The notes under the pieces are model-generated. The model searched no databases and was not told the DNA's origin. It was given only the letters and a program-made list of their open reading frames with translations. Of a stretch of 64,000 nucleotides of DNA, positions 25,871-38,620 are shown piece by piece; the first letter of the stretch is position 1, and each line of letters opens with the position of its first letter. The position numbers were made by a program, and so were the translations under genes. Origin of the DNA: Octopus sinensis (lineage: Eukaryota); assembly GCF_006345805.1 (NCBI RefSeq), contig NC_042997.1:94240001-94304000 (forward strand), given 5' to 3'.

Positions 25871-26567
25871 GATTCGAATTACATGCAAGCATATCACCGT
25901 AAAAGTTTAAGTGAATTTTATGTAACAGCTTGCTGGCTTTTGTGGTATGAGTGCTATCCAAATATATGAAGCTGCATTTTATTTTAGATATTTGACTTCT
26001 AACATATCTAAAACGTTTACCCAGCTTACCTGACACGCATCAAGTTAATGATAATGGAATGGAGCACTAAATTAACATTAAGCACACACTTCTACTATGA
26101 AGCATAATGAATGCATATCCACATATGCATTGAATACATTTGCAAAAACGAATGGGTTTTGCTGGACTTTTGATTTCATATATGAGGAATAAATCAAAAT
26201 AGAATAAACAAGATATATTGAGTATTCCGAAGAGTTTAGTAGCACATACATGACAGGACAACAGGAAGTTACTACTGACTTGGACAACAAACGGTTAAAG
26301 TGACTGGCTCGCTTGTATTTAGCTAATGGAAAATATTATCGTTACTTTAGATTCAGATCAACTTGTTTGAGACAAAATGTTTCTTGAGGAAAAAGGAAAA
26401 AAGAAACTCATTAGTCGTTACTGACTGCTTTTATAATAGGTATAGGTGTGACCGTGGGTTAAGAAGTTTGCTTTCAAACTACATGGTTCGGGATCCAGTC
26501 CGACTGCGTGCTTACCAAAGCCTTGTGAGTGAATTTGGTTCACGGACACTGAAATATATATATGTAT

Positions 26568-26782
26568 AGATCGCCATGTTGATTCGCTAGCCTCTGCACG
26601 CATTTTTGTTCTCTCCTTGTTTCTTTCTGTGTTTCTTTTCTGTGTATCTTTCTGTTGAAGAGCGTAGGCTCGAAACGTAAAAGACTTGTTTTATTTATAT
26701 TCCTGAGCGCCATACTAATACAATTGTTTGTTTGTATTCCACCTGCCTTCGTCTTTTGTTTATTTTCATAAAGCTTCCCGTT
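26568..26782 (+). mobile_element. Solo terminal repeat (pLTR-like) of the Neptune PLE, followed by (TA)n
   Basis: Near-identical to the reverse complement of 5654-5866 (AGATCGCCATGTTGATTCG...CATAAAGCTTCCCGTT). Confidence 0.9.
26647..26684 (+). ncRNA. Minimal hammerhead-like motif (second copy, GUA site)
   Basis: UCUUU-CUGUUGA-A-GAGC(GUAG)GCUC-GAAAC-GUA-AAAGA. Confidence 0.6.
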
Positions 26783-26814
26783 ATATATATATATATACAT
26801 GTGTGTGTGTGTAT

Positions 26815-27023
26815 TGGTAAAAACGGCAAGGTAACAAAAGAAAGAAAGAGACCTCAATATTATGTAAATAGAGGAAATTTATCTGTAAATTAATATGTTA
26901 CCATTATTCAATAGCCAAGATAAAACTCTGAGTTTCAGATGCCGAAGTGGAAATCCACCACACCATCTCTTCTGTTATCTGGCCATCTCGTCTCTGTTAT
27001 TTTTATCTTCTCAAAATTAATTT
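26815..27023 (-). mobile_element. Different PLE-like terminus bounded by microsatellites, carrying a hammerhead-like motif
   Basis: Bounded by (TA)(GT) tracts; its right end (CATCTCGTCTCTG..TTTTATCTTCTCAAAATTAATTTA) recurs at about 27885-27925. Confidence 0.55.
26914..26984 (-). ncRNA. Type I hammerhead-ribozyme-like motif
   Basis: AGAUAA-CAGAAGA-GAUG(..GUGGAUUUCCAC..)CAUC-U-GAAAC-UCAGA-GUU-UUAUCU: helix I 6 perfect bp, helix II 4 bp; core position 4 is A rather than U and there is one extra U before GAAA. Confidence 0.5.
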
Positions 27024-27030
27024 ATATATA

Positions 27031-27110
<80 letters not shown>

Positions 27111-27798
27111 TGTGTGTGAGTATTTTCGTGTCTTTATTATTTATGTTCTCATAACTTAAAAAAGTAAAATAAATCCTGGGGTCGATTTATTCGACTAAAA
27201 CCCTTTAAGGTGGTGCTTAATCATGGCCGCAGTTAAATGACTGAAACATAAAATAACATGAAAGATAAAGGATAAAAGATAGGGGTTTCTCGTTTGGGGA
27301 GTTACAAGAATCTAATAACAAAAACAAACTATTATACCTGGCACGGAGTAATGATTAAGCTAGTTGATCCCCGCTCAACATGTCATTCTATTGTCCTGAA
27401 GTTCAGTTGTCTGATAGCATGTTGTCTTTCGCTTGGCTACTCTTGAACTGTCCGTTCGATAGTCAAAACTTTGTTGTCAAAATACTTTTATAATTTCAAT
27501 ATCAATTTTTTACAGTAAACATTAAACGGTTTCTTTATTTGCAAAGCTCAAAGTAAGAGAAACGTCACAACCAAATGAACTCTATGTCAGTGACAAGGCA
27601 AAGCGGTGCATTTAGAAACGCACAAGCACGCACGCACACACACACACGCACATACGCACACACACCCACAAACGCACACACATATACACAACACACACTA
27701 TATAAATAGATATACACATACCAAAAAAAAATCATGTACATACGTTCACAAACACAAATTCACACACGTACATAATACACACACACACACACAACACA

Positions 27799-27849
<51 letters not shown>

Positions 27850-29739
27850 ATATACACACAGATAGGCCACAGTCTTCTTCAAATCATCTCGTCTCTGCTG
27901 TTTTTATCTTCTCAAAATTAATTTATTGTATTAAAGTTAAGATGTTTGAAGTATAATAACTTTTATATATAGAAATATATAGACGAAGTGTGACATTTTG
28001 ACACTTTGTAATAACTAGCCTAATACAAGTCTTGAGACGCTGTTTAACCCTAGGTTAGTCCCGATCGAGCATGCATAGGATCAAAGACGTTCAGCCACAA
28101 TCATTTAGTGTGCTTATTGCTACATAGGATTGCATTACCTAAACTATTTTCCCTTTTAAGAGCATAGACTATGTGTATGTGAGTATTTGTGTGCATGCGT
28201 ATGTGTGTTAGTGTGTGTGTATGTGTGTGAGTGTATGATATTATGGCGATTTAGCTTGTTGACATATTATTTGCTGAGCGAACACAGCATGTCGAGCGGG
28301 CATCTTGAGGGTCTCTCATTACTTTCGGTTCTGAATGGTAAATTATGCTATTTAACTCCAAGTTCACAGACCCATATTCAAAGGTGTTCCAGCAATGAAT
28401 ATTTTTCTTTTTAATTTAAAACATTGTAGTTAAGTCCAGATTTATCCAATGTAGCTTAGCTTGTTTCAAAGACACCGAAGTATAGTTTGACGAGGGATTT
28501 TGCTGTTATGTTTAGCAGATCAACAAATCACAAAGAGACTCCCTCATTTTCACGATAAATAGGCACGTGACTCTACAAGTTACTTTAATACTTGTTTCAT
28601 AGAATGTAAAAAAATTTGTTTAAAACTGTTTCAGATAAATGTTTGATATTCAATAACCGAGTGGTGTTAAGCATTAAACTGATTACTCAATATAATGTTT
28701 ACATTGAGTAAGCATTGACACAGACACGAGTATAAACACACTCAGCAGGCTTCTACAGTGTTTCGATCAACGAAATTTAACTTATAAGTTATTGATCAAC
28801 GCTTTGATATAGTAGGAAACAGAGATTTCACCACGTATTCTGATCGCTCCTGGAATCCCAAGTTTACAAAGTAGACTACTTAACAAAATTTGGTTCTTTC
28901 TGAATAGTTTTCCTCTGAAAACACCTAAACAATAAACCTGTGTCTTCAGTTGTGATGTAGAAAATGTAAGAAAAAAAATGTATTTTTTTAATTGTGAAGC
29001 AAGCTCTAATACACTTAGAGGCTGATCACTGTAATTTTAATTAATGGAAATCGAGGCCACAATATTAGTGAAGGAAAGTAAACATAGTTGAATACTAACT
29101 AAATCACGAAAACAAATGCAAGGGCAAGAAAACAATATGGAATACTTTTATCCAGTACTGGAACTCTTGCAAAGCTTCATCCGAACCACAAAGATTACGT
29201 TTGTGTATCAATCATATAGTTTCCAAGCTCCTATATTTCAACCGATCCTGCTGGTTCCTTGTCACAAATCTTATAAAGTGCTATTTTCCCGGTCATCTCA
29301 ATGATAAATATTCAGTGACGGCTACACAAACGGAGACGGCCTCCACCACTGCAGACCACATGCATCTAACACCAACTTCGATACACACAAATATCCTACA
29401 AACCTATACCATTCCACTGCTGCAGGCTCACCAAGTGTGAAAAATATTTCGGATGCTTGAAACTGTCCCGGCCACTGGCTGTTACAATGACCCTCCCGTT
29501 AACCTAAATCGATGCAGTCCCGAGTTAGTTCCTATAAACACCAAAAACTTCAAACTTTTTCTGATTTAGGAATGTAATTCAATCTTTGAAACTCCTTACA
29601 TTGTGCTCCATCCCCAAGAACAGCAACTCAGTTGAATGTGTTAATTATATTACTATCACACTAGCTTTCACTCACAACAGAGTGGAAGCATTCATTAAAA
29701 CGAAGACCCTCACTACCTTGAATCTCTCACTCTGTCTTT

Positions 29740-30135
29740 CTTTCTCTCTCCTTAAAAGCTTTGCTTAGCCAGATCCACTGGAGATCAATCTTTCTATGAC
29801 AATGACCAGCAGGCTCTCACCTTAAAGAAATCTGGCAAAAGCAAAGTTATCCAAAACATCATAAAATCTTCTGACTGAAATGGGACGCGAAGCTCTAGTT
29901 AAAACTAATCGTATTTGAGCTCCAACCATCGCTCAAATTTGGGTTGATGGTTTCTTATCACACTGCTATATCGCGGCTAGTGCTAATGGAGATTTTTCTG
30001 CCTCGTATTTTATCAAATTTATATATCCCAGCGTATGGTTTTGTCACAAATCTTGTACTCCCATACGTCAATGACATACCTGTTCTCACGCCAAACAATG
30101 CCCACTTATATAGAAATGATATCACAATTCATTCG
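29740..30135 (+). pseudogene. Highly decayed RT fragment, CR1/L2-like LINE
   Basis: STGD..SGKSKVI..IWVDGFLS..ANG..YVNDIP..NNAHLYRNDITIHS is collinear with CR1-type FLS..NG..PQG..YIND..YADD. Confidence 0.5.
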
Positions 30136-30339
30136 TTCCTGATCCTCTGCATCTAGGAATCATCGAGATGCAACTTAAGAATCTCCCGTCACACATACTG
30201 ATACATTGAAACCCTCCTCTAATAGGGTAATGCCAACTTTTATCAATTGATGACCTGCCCTCTAAAAAAAACTGCTTAGGTGAAGAAAGCATCATTGCAC
30301 CTAATACCACTTAAATATGAGCACCATGCAAGTAAAATC

Positions 30340-30800
30340 TAGATCTGGGTCTCACATGACAAACGCTCGTGATTATCATAGCTTGGGCTGCATCTAAAAA
30401 TGTAAGCCTTCTCTTCCAATACGTTCGCCTCCAATAAATACTGATCTTTACTAAACTCAGGTGAGACTCGTGTTAGTATAATCTTACATATGCGGCAGAG
30501 CTGTTGCCATACACTGAGATATCGGAAGACCTTATCTACACAAAATATCCCGTGACTGTTTGGCATCAATTCTTCACTGTCATCTGGCATCTTCTGGTCA
30601 ACAGACGTGCTGTCCTCTCTCCCTACGTTTTTTTACCTCTACTACATCCATTCTTCGGGGTTGGCTTGTATCATGCTATCACCACACAGTCTTTCTCAGC
30701 TTACTCATAGTTCCTTCTTTCATAAGATTCGGACTCCCAAGTCGCCGCATTAAAGCCTCTATGTCTAGTCCTTACTTCATCGAACGTCGACCTTCTTCAT
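30340..30800 (-). pseudogene. Highly decayed RTE-like LINE fragment
   Basis: Minus-strand remnants KNVGRE, VDKVFRYLS and ..SCET resemble the RTE RT thumb region; many stops. Confidence 0.4.
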
Positions 30801-31264
30801 TTCTCTTCTTGCTGATGTCTATATCTACGTTCACCTACTTATACTGTTAAAGTGAAACTTTAACAGCATCCTTTTCAATGTTTTCGAAGGGACTGCGTAG
30901 GCTGCAGCAATAAAAGAATTTTTTAAAAAACCCTTTAGTTATGTATCTTATTTACATTATTATATTAACTACAGTTTTCCTTGAGCAGGATGTATCATAA
31001 AAGATTTCGGATCTTCCTAGAAAGCTATTTAAATTCATAAAAACTGGCCGCATTTAGTGAATGGAAGCGTGTTCTGCTATCAATTAAAAGTAATCGACGT
31101 TGCCTCAGCATACGAAGGATTTACTTATAAACTGTGTTTAATATATTTCCATACTCGGTCTCATTCATGTTCAAAGAAGTACGATTCTCTTCACCGGAAC
31201 AGCATTCCAGTTCAATACAATAAATGCCAATAACAGGAAGTAGCCTGACGTTGTAGTCGTAGAG

Positions 31265-31386
31265 AGTATGTATGTATGTATGTATGTATGTATGTATGTA
31301 TGTATGTATGCATGCATGCATGTATGCATGTATGTATGTATGTATGTATGTATGTATGTATGTATGTATGTATGTATGTATGTATG

Positions 31387-31438
<52 letters not shown>

Positions 31439-31500
31439 AATCAGTCTGTCTGTCTCTCTACCTGCGTGCCTGCCTGCCTGCGTGCCTGCCTGACTGTTTG
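31265..31500. repeat. (TATG)n-(TATC)n compound microsatellite
   Basis: Visible repeat. Confidence 0.95.
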
Positions 31501-31917
31501 TCTGTCTATTTGATTGTCTGACGGTCTATCTATTTGTCTATCTATATATATTTTGTGTTACTAGCAAGCGGCGCACGGTACCAGAATATTCAACTCGAGT
31601 CAAATATTACAAATTACTGCAAACCGTCATTAGCTTATCCGCATAAATGAAGTCAAGAGCGGACAGTTTGTGCTTGCATCGAGTGACATTAGTTATAATA
31701 ATGAAGCCCAATCAAATAGAGAAAACTTTGAGCTCATTTAATACGTACGTTCTAGGTTTGCGAGATATGTAGTAGGAAATACATTCGTAACGTAAACCTT
31801 CTTCAGTTAAAGCATTTCAAAATGCTTTAAGAAAATGATGGTAAAATACGTGATATTTAAAAATATCACTATTTGGACATACATACATACATACATGCAT
31901 ACATACACACACACACA

Positions 31918-31977
<60 letters not shown>

Positions 31978-33625
31978 TATATATATATATATATTTATAT
32001 ATTTATATATATCAACAACTCCTCTTCAGATATATGTTAAATGTATTTATGTGCATCAAAGTATATGTCAAGTTGCTTTTCTGCTACCCTCCAGCGACGT
32101 AAACATAAATCCTGACAAAATACCAAAATATTCTTCTAATTTGGTCTGAAGCATATGAAAAATATATCAGAAGAATTACTGCAATGTACAGTATAGTTGT
32201 AAAGTATAGTTGTCGATTTTAGTAATATACCACCGCCATCAGTTAGATAAACTTTTCTTAAAGTAGCCATCTATGGCAACGTCTATATATTAAGCTACGA
32301 AAAATTTAGTCTGAATAGTTTCAACATTTAAAAATAAGTTATTAAATAAATTTTCGTCACAACTTTTTACCCCATTCAATCCGCAATATGTTTGTTTGTT
32401 GCATTTATTTCAAAATTTCACATTTAGTTTTGATTTCGTGACTTTACAATAGTTTCAAATGTTGAAGAAGTATTTAACCGTGCTATGTGTCCGGAGCAAG
32501 ACATAACAATATATTGCAGGTGATCAATAATTTACAATGACTATGAAAAGCATCCCAGAAAACAAAACAATTATAGAAATCGTTTGATAGCAAAAACAAC
32601 ATAACAGTAGTAATTATTTAGGAATATAGTAATCTTTTGTAATAAGAGAAAAAGGAATTAGAGGATAAAGTAATAAAACTACCGTTAAAAATAACAAAAG
32701 AAACGTCAGATAAATATTTCCTTTGAGAACAATAACAATAATACCAACATTGATAATTATTTATTTATGATCTTATTTACTATTATACCCAAAATATTAT
32801 TCTTGTCATGGACTCTTTCTTTCAATGCAGTTATGTTCCAAATATAGCAAAACAATTAAAGAGAATAATTATTACTTCACGATCAGCTTCTATTGCTTTA
32901 GAATATTTCAAGAACAACATTATTTCTAGAATGGCTGAACATTACTTCATTTCACCAATTTAGTATTGCAGGCATTTTCTTTTGAAGACAACTATGATAT
33001 ATTCCTACGACATACAACCACACGTTTTCTTGAAAGATAACATGTATTAACTAAGTTTTATACATTTCGTAGAGATGCCATTCAATGAAAGATTAAACAG
33101 GTTTTATTGTTTTATGTGAAATTTCTTCTTATTTCCTAAGAAAATTCTTATTCCACTGAGAAATCTCGAAATTTCCTAATATTAGCTGTATGGACTCCTT
33201 TCGAAATGTTCATTGCAAATAATGTCAGTAAGAATCGATGCAACCATAAAATGCTGAAGCAACGAATTGCATGAGTCGTAAGGGCTGTCATATTTGTTCT
33301 GAATCTCTGCACTCCGAATTCAGATCTGTCGGGGTTTCTGCACTCCGAGTTTAGATAGGTTCGGGGTTAAATTTACCTTTCATCCCTTTGATGAGAATGT
33401 TCCAGTCCAGCGTGATGAATTGTGTGAACTGTTAGATGGTTGCGCGTTAAGCCTTGCTACTGTCATTTTGCGTTCATATAGCCAGGTGAGAAACTCTATC
33501 AGCCTAAGTTAGCAGTTGTGATGTAGAGAGGGGACATTGCCATGCATGGGCACTAGCAGTCTTCTAAAAAGAATCTTGTTCAGGCCAGTGTATAGGTATA
33601 TGTTCAACGTAAACCAATAGAGACC

Positions 33626-33735
<110 letters not shown>

Positions 33736-33783
33736 TTGTGTGTGTGTGATATTGTTGTTTTGGGAGAAAGAGATAACGAGACT

Positions 33784-33854
<71 letters not shown>

Positions 33855-33926
33855 AGCTTAGAGAAGAAGAAACGAAACGAAACCAAACGAATCGAATCGA
33901 ATCGACGCGAAGGCGCTAAGTCATAC

Positions 33927-34466
33927 AATAGTGTAATAAATAAAATATATGCATACATACAAACATATATGTACGTACCTACATCTACATGAATATATAC
34001 ATGCATATATAAATATATATACGTGTGTACAGGACACCACAAATAGACGTAGAACTCAACGAGAAACGAAAACGTAAAAACAGCATGGAATGGACCATTT
34101 TTTTAACAACGAAAAAACAGAGTACAAGACAACTACACAAGGAAAAATCCCCTTCATCAGCTGTCCCTAGTTCAACTCCAGCGTGTTTCGAAGGTGAGGA
34201 CAGAAACACGCTGGAGTTGAACTAGGGACAGCTGATGAAGGGGATTTTTCCTTGTGTAGTTGTCTTGTACTCTGTTTTTTTCGTTGTTAAAAAAATGGTC
34301 CGTTCCATGCTGTTTTTACGTTTTCGTTTCTCGTTGAGTTCTACGTCTATTTGTGGTGTCCTGTACACATGTATATATATTTATATATGCATGTATATAT
34401 ACATGTAGATGTAGGTACGTACATATATGTTTGTATGTATGCATATATTTTATTTATTACACTATT
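33927..34466. repeat. Long inverted repeat: arms 33927-34189 and 34203-34466, 13-nt spacer
   Basis: Arms of 263 and 264 bp are reverse complements with about 3 mismatches and 1 indel; spacer GAAGGTGAGGACA. Confidence 0.95.
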
Positions 34467-34474
34467 ATATATAT

Positions 34475-34498
<24 letters not shown>

Positions 34499-34510
<12 letters not shown>

Positions 34511-36555
34511 AAACTCTAGTTGTGTGAGTGTCTGTCCCCTTCGATTTAGATTCCTAACTCCTCTCACATTTTGCGGTGCAGTTTAACCAAATTCGGGTAT
34601 CTTATAGTCGTGATTCATATCGAGCCCGTCTGACTATTAGCGCGCGTCAACGATGAGTCTACGATTTTAAAAATAATTTAACATCATTTTTTATTCCATT
34701 TTAATGCATAAAATGCATCGTGTGTCGATGGCGGCGGAGTTGGCGTCCACGCTCACAGCTGCACCTGTTTGCTTCTCCCCCTTCCCTCCCTCGTGAATCT
34801 GTGGGGAAGGGAGTGTAAAGAAATCAACGTCGTAATGCGTTGTGAAGGAAACCAGCGTTCTTTTAGAACAACGACTTCATGGCTTGAAGACACCAAAACA
34901 AAAATGGCTAAGAAAGCCCGAATTTATAAGGGAAGTAACTCTCTAAAAATGCTTATATAGTTATTTCCCTTACAAACCCGAGCAACGCCGGGCGATACTG
35001 CTAGTCTATATATATAAAACTCTAGTTGTGTGAGTGTCTGTCCCCTTCGATTTAGATTCCTAACTCCTCCCACATTTTGCGGTGCAGTTTAACCAAATTC
35101 GGGTATCTTATAGTCGTGATTCATATCGAGCCCGTCTGACTATTAGCGCGCGTCAACGATGAGTCTACGATTTTAAAAATAATTTAACATCATTTTTTAT
35201 TCCATTTTAATGCATAAAATGCATCGTGTGTCGATGGCGGCGGAGTTGGCGTCCACGCTCACAGCTGCACCTGTTTGCTTCTCCCCCTTCTGTGGGGAAG
35301 GGAGTGTAAAGAAATCAACGTCGTAATGCGTTGTGAAGGAAACCAGCGTTCTTTTAGAACAACGACTTCATGGCTTAAAGACACCAAAACAAAAATGGCT
35401 AAGAAAGCCCGAATTTATAAGGGAAGTAACTCTCTAAAAATGCTTATATAGTTATTTCCCTTACAAACCCGAGCAACGCCGGGCGATACTGCTAGTATAT
35501 ATATAAAACTGTAGTTGTGTGAGTGTCTGTCCCCTTCGATTTAGATTCCTAACTACTCCCACATTTTGCGGTGCAGTTTAATCAAATTCGGGTATCTTAT
35601 AGTCGTGATTCATATCGAGCCCGTCTGCGTATCAGCGCGCGTCAACGATGAGTCTACGATTTTAAAAATAATTTAACATAATTTTTTATTCCATTTTAAT
35701 GCATAATTTTTCGTGTGTCGATGGCGGCGGAGTTGGCGTCCACGCTCACAGCTGCACCTGTTTGCTTCTCCCCTTCTTCCCTCCCTCGTGAAGCTGTGGG
35801 GAAGGGAGTGTAAAGAAATCAACGTCGTAATGCGTTGTCAAGGAGACCAGCGTTCTTTTAGAACAACGACTTCATGGCTTGAAGACACCAAAACAGAAAT
35901 GGTTAAGAAAGCGTCTACATGAGTCTATGATTAAAAAAAAATTTACCATCATTTTTTCCATTTTAATGCATTTTTTCGCTATTATATAAGGGAAGTAACT
36001 CTCTAAAAAATGTCTACGATGAGTCAACGATTTAAAAAAAAATTACCATCATTTTTTATTCCATTTTTAATGCATTTTTTGGCTATTTTTTTGCTATAAC
36101 TCTCTAAAATGCTTATATAGTTATTTCCCTTACAAATCCGAGCAACGCCGGGCGATACTGCTAGTCTTTATATATAAAAGTAAGGTTGCGTGTCTGTCTA
36201 CTCCGATTTAGATTCCTAACTACTCCCACATTTTGCGGTGCAGTTTAACCAAAACCGGGTATCTTATAGTCGTGATTCATATCGAGCCCTTCTGGGTATT
36301 AGCGCGCGTCTCTGATGAGTCTACGATTTTAAAAATAATTTACCATCATTTTTTCCCATTTTAATGCATATTTTTTTAATATAAGGGAAGTAACTCTCTA
36401 AAAATGTCTACGATGAGTCAACGATTTAAAAAAAAATTACCATAATTTTTTTCCATTTTTAATGCATTTTTTGCTATTTTTTGGCTATAACTCTCTAAAA
36501 ATGCTTTATTGTTATTTCCCTTACAAACCCGAGCAACGCCGGGCGATACTGCTAG
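34499..36555 (+). mobile_element. Head-to-tail array of four non-autonomous Helitron-like units
   Basis: Each unit ends CCCGAGCAACGCCGGG (hairpin; TCCG in unit 3)-CGATACTG-CTAG (CTAG at 35001, 35492, 36161, 36552) and the next starts TC/TA-TATATATAAAA. Units: about 34499-35004, 35005-35495, 35496-36164, 36165-36555. Confidence 0.85.
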
Positions 36556-36912
36556 TATATATATAAATCCTTTCAAATGCAGCGGATAGCAAACTCAGTA
36601 ACCTTATTAGTACTTAGTTTATTTCACTCTTAATTCTGATTTGAAATAATGATTTTTAAGAGGGTGAGTCACAAAATAACGCATTTTTTTTATTAGCGTT
36701 ACCTTCTGACTCACCATCGTATTATCTTCTCATCGTTAATTGAGTCTGAATTGTCCAAATACTGAGTACTGTAATCTTTCGACTATCAAGGATGTTACGT
36801 TCCAAAACCACCCATAGAAATAATTTAAGTCTGAAAAGATATAAATACTTATCGGCTGCAGAAACTCGGATATACTTAGGAGACTTCTATATAAATTTAC
36901 ATATATTTACAT

Positions 36913-37318
36913 AGGCGCAGCTGTGGCTGTGTGGTAAGTAGCTAGCTTACCAACCACATGGTTCCGGTTTCAGTCCTACTGCGTGGCACCTTGGGAAAGT
37001 GTCTTCTACTATAGCCTCGGGCCGACCAAAGCCTTGTGAGTGGATTTGGTAGACGGAAACTGAAAGAAGCCCGTCGTATTTATGTATATATATATATGTA
37101 TGTGTGTGTATATGTGTGTGTGCCTGTGTTCATCCCCCCAACATTACTTGACAACCGATACTGGTGTGTTTACTTCCCAGTAACATAGCGGTTCGGCAAA
37201 AGAGACCGATAGAATAAGGACTAGGCTTACAAAGAATAAGTCCTGGGGTCGATTTGCCCTACTAAAGGCGGTGCTCCAGTATGGCCGCAGTCAAATGGCT
37301 TAAACAAGTGAAAGAATA
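36913..37318 (+). mobile_element. SINE family B, full length
   Basis: AGGCGCAGCTGTGGCTGTGTGGTAAG head through the GGCGGTGCTCCAG..AGTCAAATG tail. Confidence 0.9.
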
Positions 37319-38349
37319 TTAGCTGGAAAAATTGGCGATGTAGTGAATGAGCGATAGGTGAACCGCGATATGGCGATGGATTTTCGTATATCCAATCATT
37401 AAATCCCAATTTGTTGGTCTCGAGCCTATGTTAGATAGATCTCAACATATTTTTTTTTATCTCTTCTCTTGAGTTATTTAAATGTTTTTTTTTCTTTTCT
37501 GTTGTTGAGATACTCTATTTTCGTGAAAGGATGCTTCTAACTGGACAGTCTTCATTAACTAACGTATCCACTGTTATATTCTTATATCACGTATTTCCCC
37601 GCCTTTTCTCTTACTTTAGCATGATACTTATATGTTTGTTATTCTTCACTTTCAATATATTCTGAAAATTATTAATAAAAAAAAATTCATGCTCTGTTGT
37701 TACATAAGCCCATGAATACAGAGAGACGTGTCCGTGACGTCAAACATCAAATAATTGGTCAGCTTGCCTGATGAACGAGTGGAGTGCTAATGTGTTATTA
37801 AGCTATAAAGAATCATAAAGCGCACGATAGAAATGCAATAAACCTGTGCAATCTATAACTTCAATAGCCGTAATTAGATAAGGAAACATACCTATAGGAA
37901 GAACACCTGGTTTACGTCTCTCACCCTCTCTCTCTCTCTCTCTTCCAATCCATCTCCCTCTCTCTCTCTTCCAATCTCTCTCCCTCTCTCTACTACGCTC
38001 GCTCTCTCTACGCTCGCTCTCTCCTACGCTCGCTCTCTCCTACGCTCTATCTCTCCTACAAACCAATTATAGCTTTACGAATTCAGAAAATGAATGAAAC
38101 AGTAATATTCTGATAAAAATTCAGTATAATTTTACATCTAGATCTAAATTACATAGTTCTGGGACTAAATTGAAATTTCGTTCTTGATATTCTAGTACAG
38201 CTAATCACAACTTATCTATACACATCTTCCTCCTGAACACTACCCACTTCATCCCCTTTCCTCTCTTCTACCACCCTTCTGCTCTGCCTCTTCACACTCT
38301 TTCCTTCATTTTGATTCATTTCCTGTTTCCGTTCGCGTTACCATGCCTG

Positions 38350-38620
38350 GCATTTTCTTTCCAGCACAATGCTCTTCACCGGACCCCAAAACACACCTTC
38401 TACATTATAGACTCTTTCCAGTATTCCTCCAGCAACTGAAATCTGCTCCCCTATGTTCCCTCTGCAATCTGATCTACACTAGGTTAACTGGCCACTAACT
38501 GGCTGACAAGTTTGCAGAGCATCTCAAAGACATCCTAGTTAGCAACGACTCAACTGTCTCAATATTTTCGCTCCACAGACCACTCCCCACAGTCACTATC
38601 AGTCTTTGTCTTGGTCCCTA
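38350..38620 (+). pseudogene. Decayed Neptune-type GIY-YIG fragment
   Basis: FYIIDSFQYSSSN..LCNLIYT..LADKFAEHLKDILVSND..S..FRSTDHSPQSLSVF aligns with RIINSFTCTSSN..LCHSLYIG..LADRFAEHLRDIHLAND..FCSTGHSLQHLSVF of the 6.1-6.8 kb ORF. Confidence 0.7.

Noticed and set aside
32780-33110. Possible pogo/Tc1 DDE transposase relic
   Set aside because: Only vague residue patterns in very AT-rich DNA with many stops; no terminal inverted repeats identified.
34160-34240. Possible type II hammerhead in the palindrome arm (CCTTC-GAAAC..GTT..CTGATGA-AGGG)
   Set aside because: Helix II is plausible, but helix III has only 2 bp and the helix I segment GAACTAGGGACAG cannot form a hairpin.
34499-36555. CRISPR-like or plain satellite interpretation of the tandem array
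   Set aside because: Units are 390-670 bp with Helitron termini and no repeat-spacer structure; the context is eukaryotic with no cas genes.
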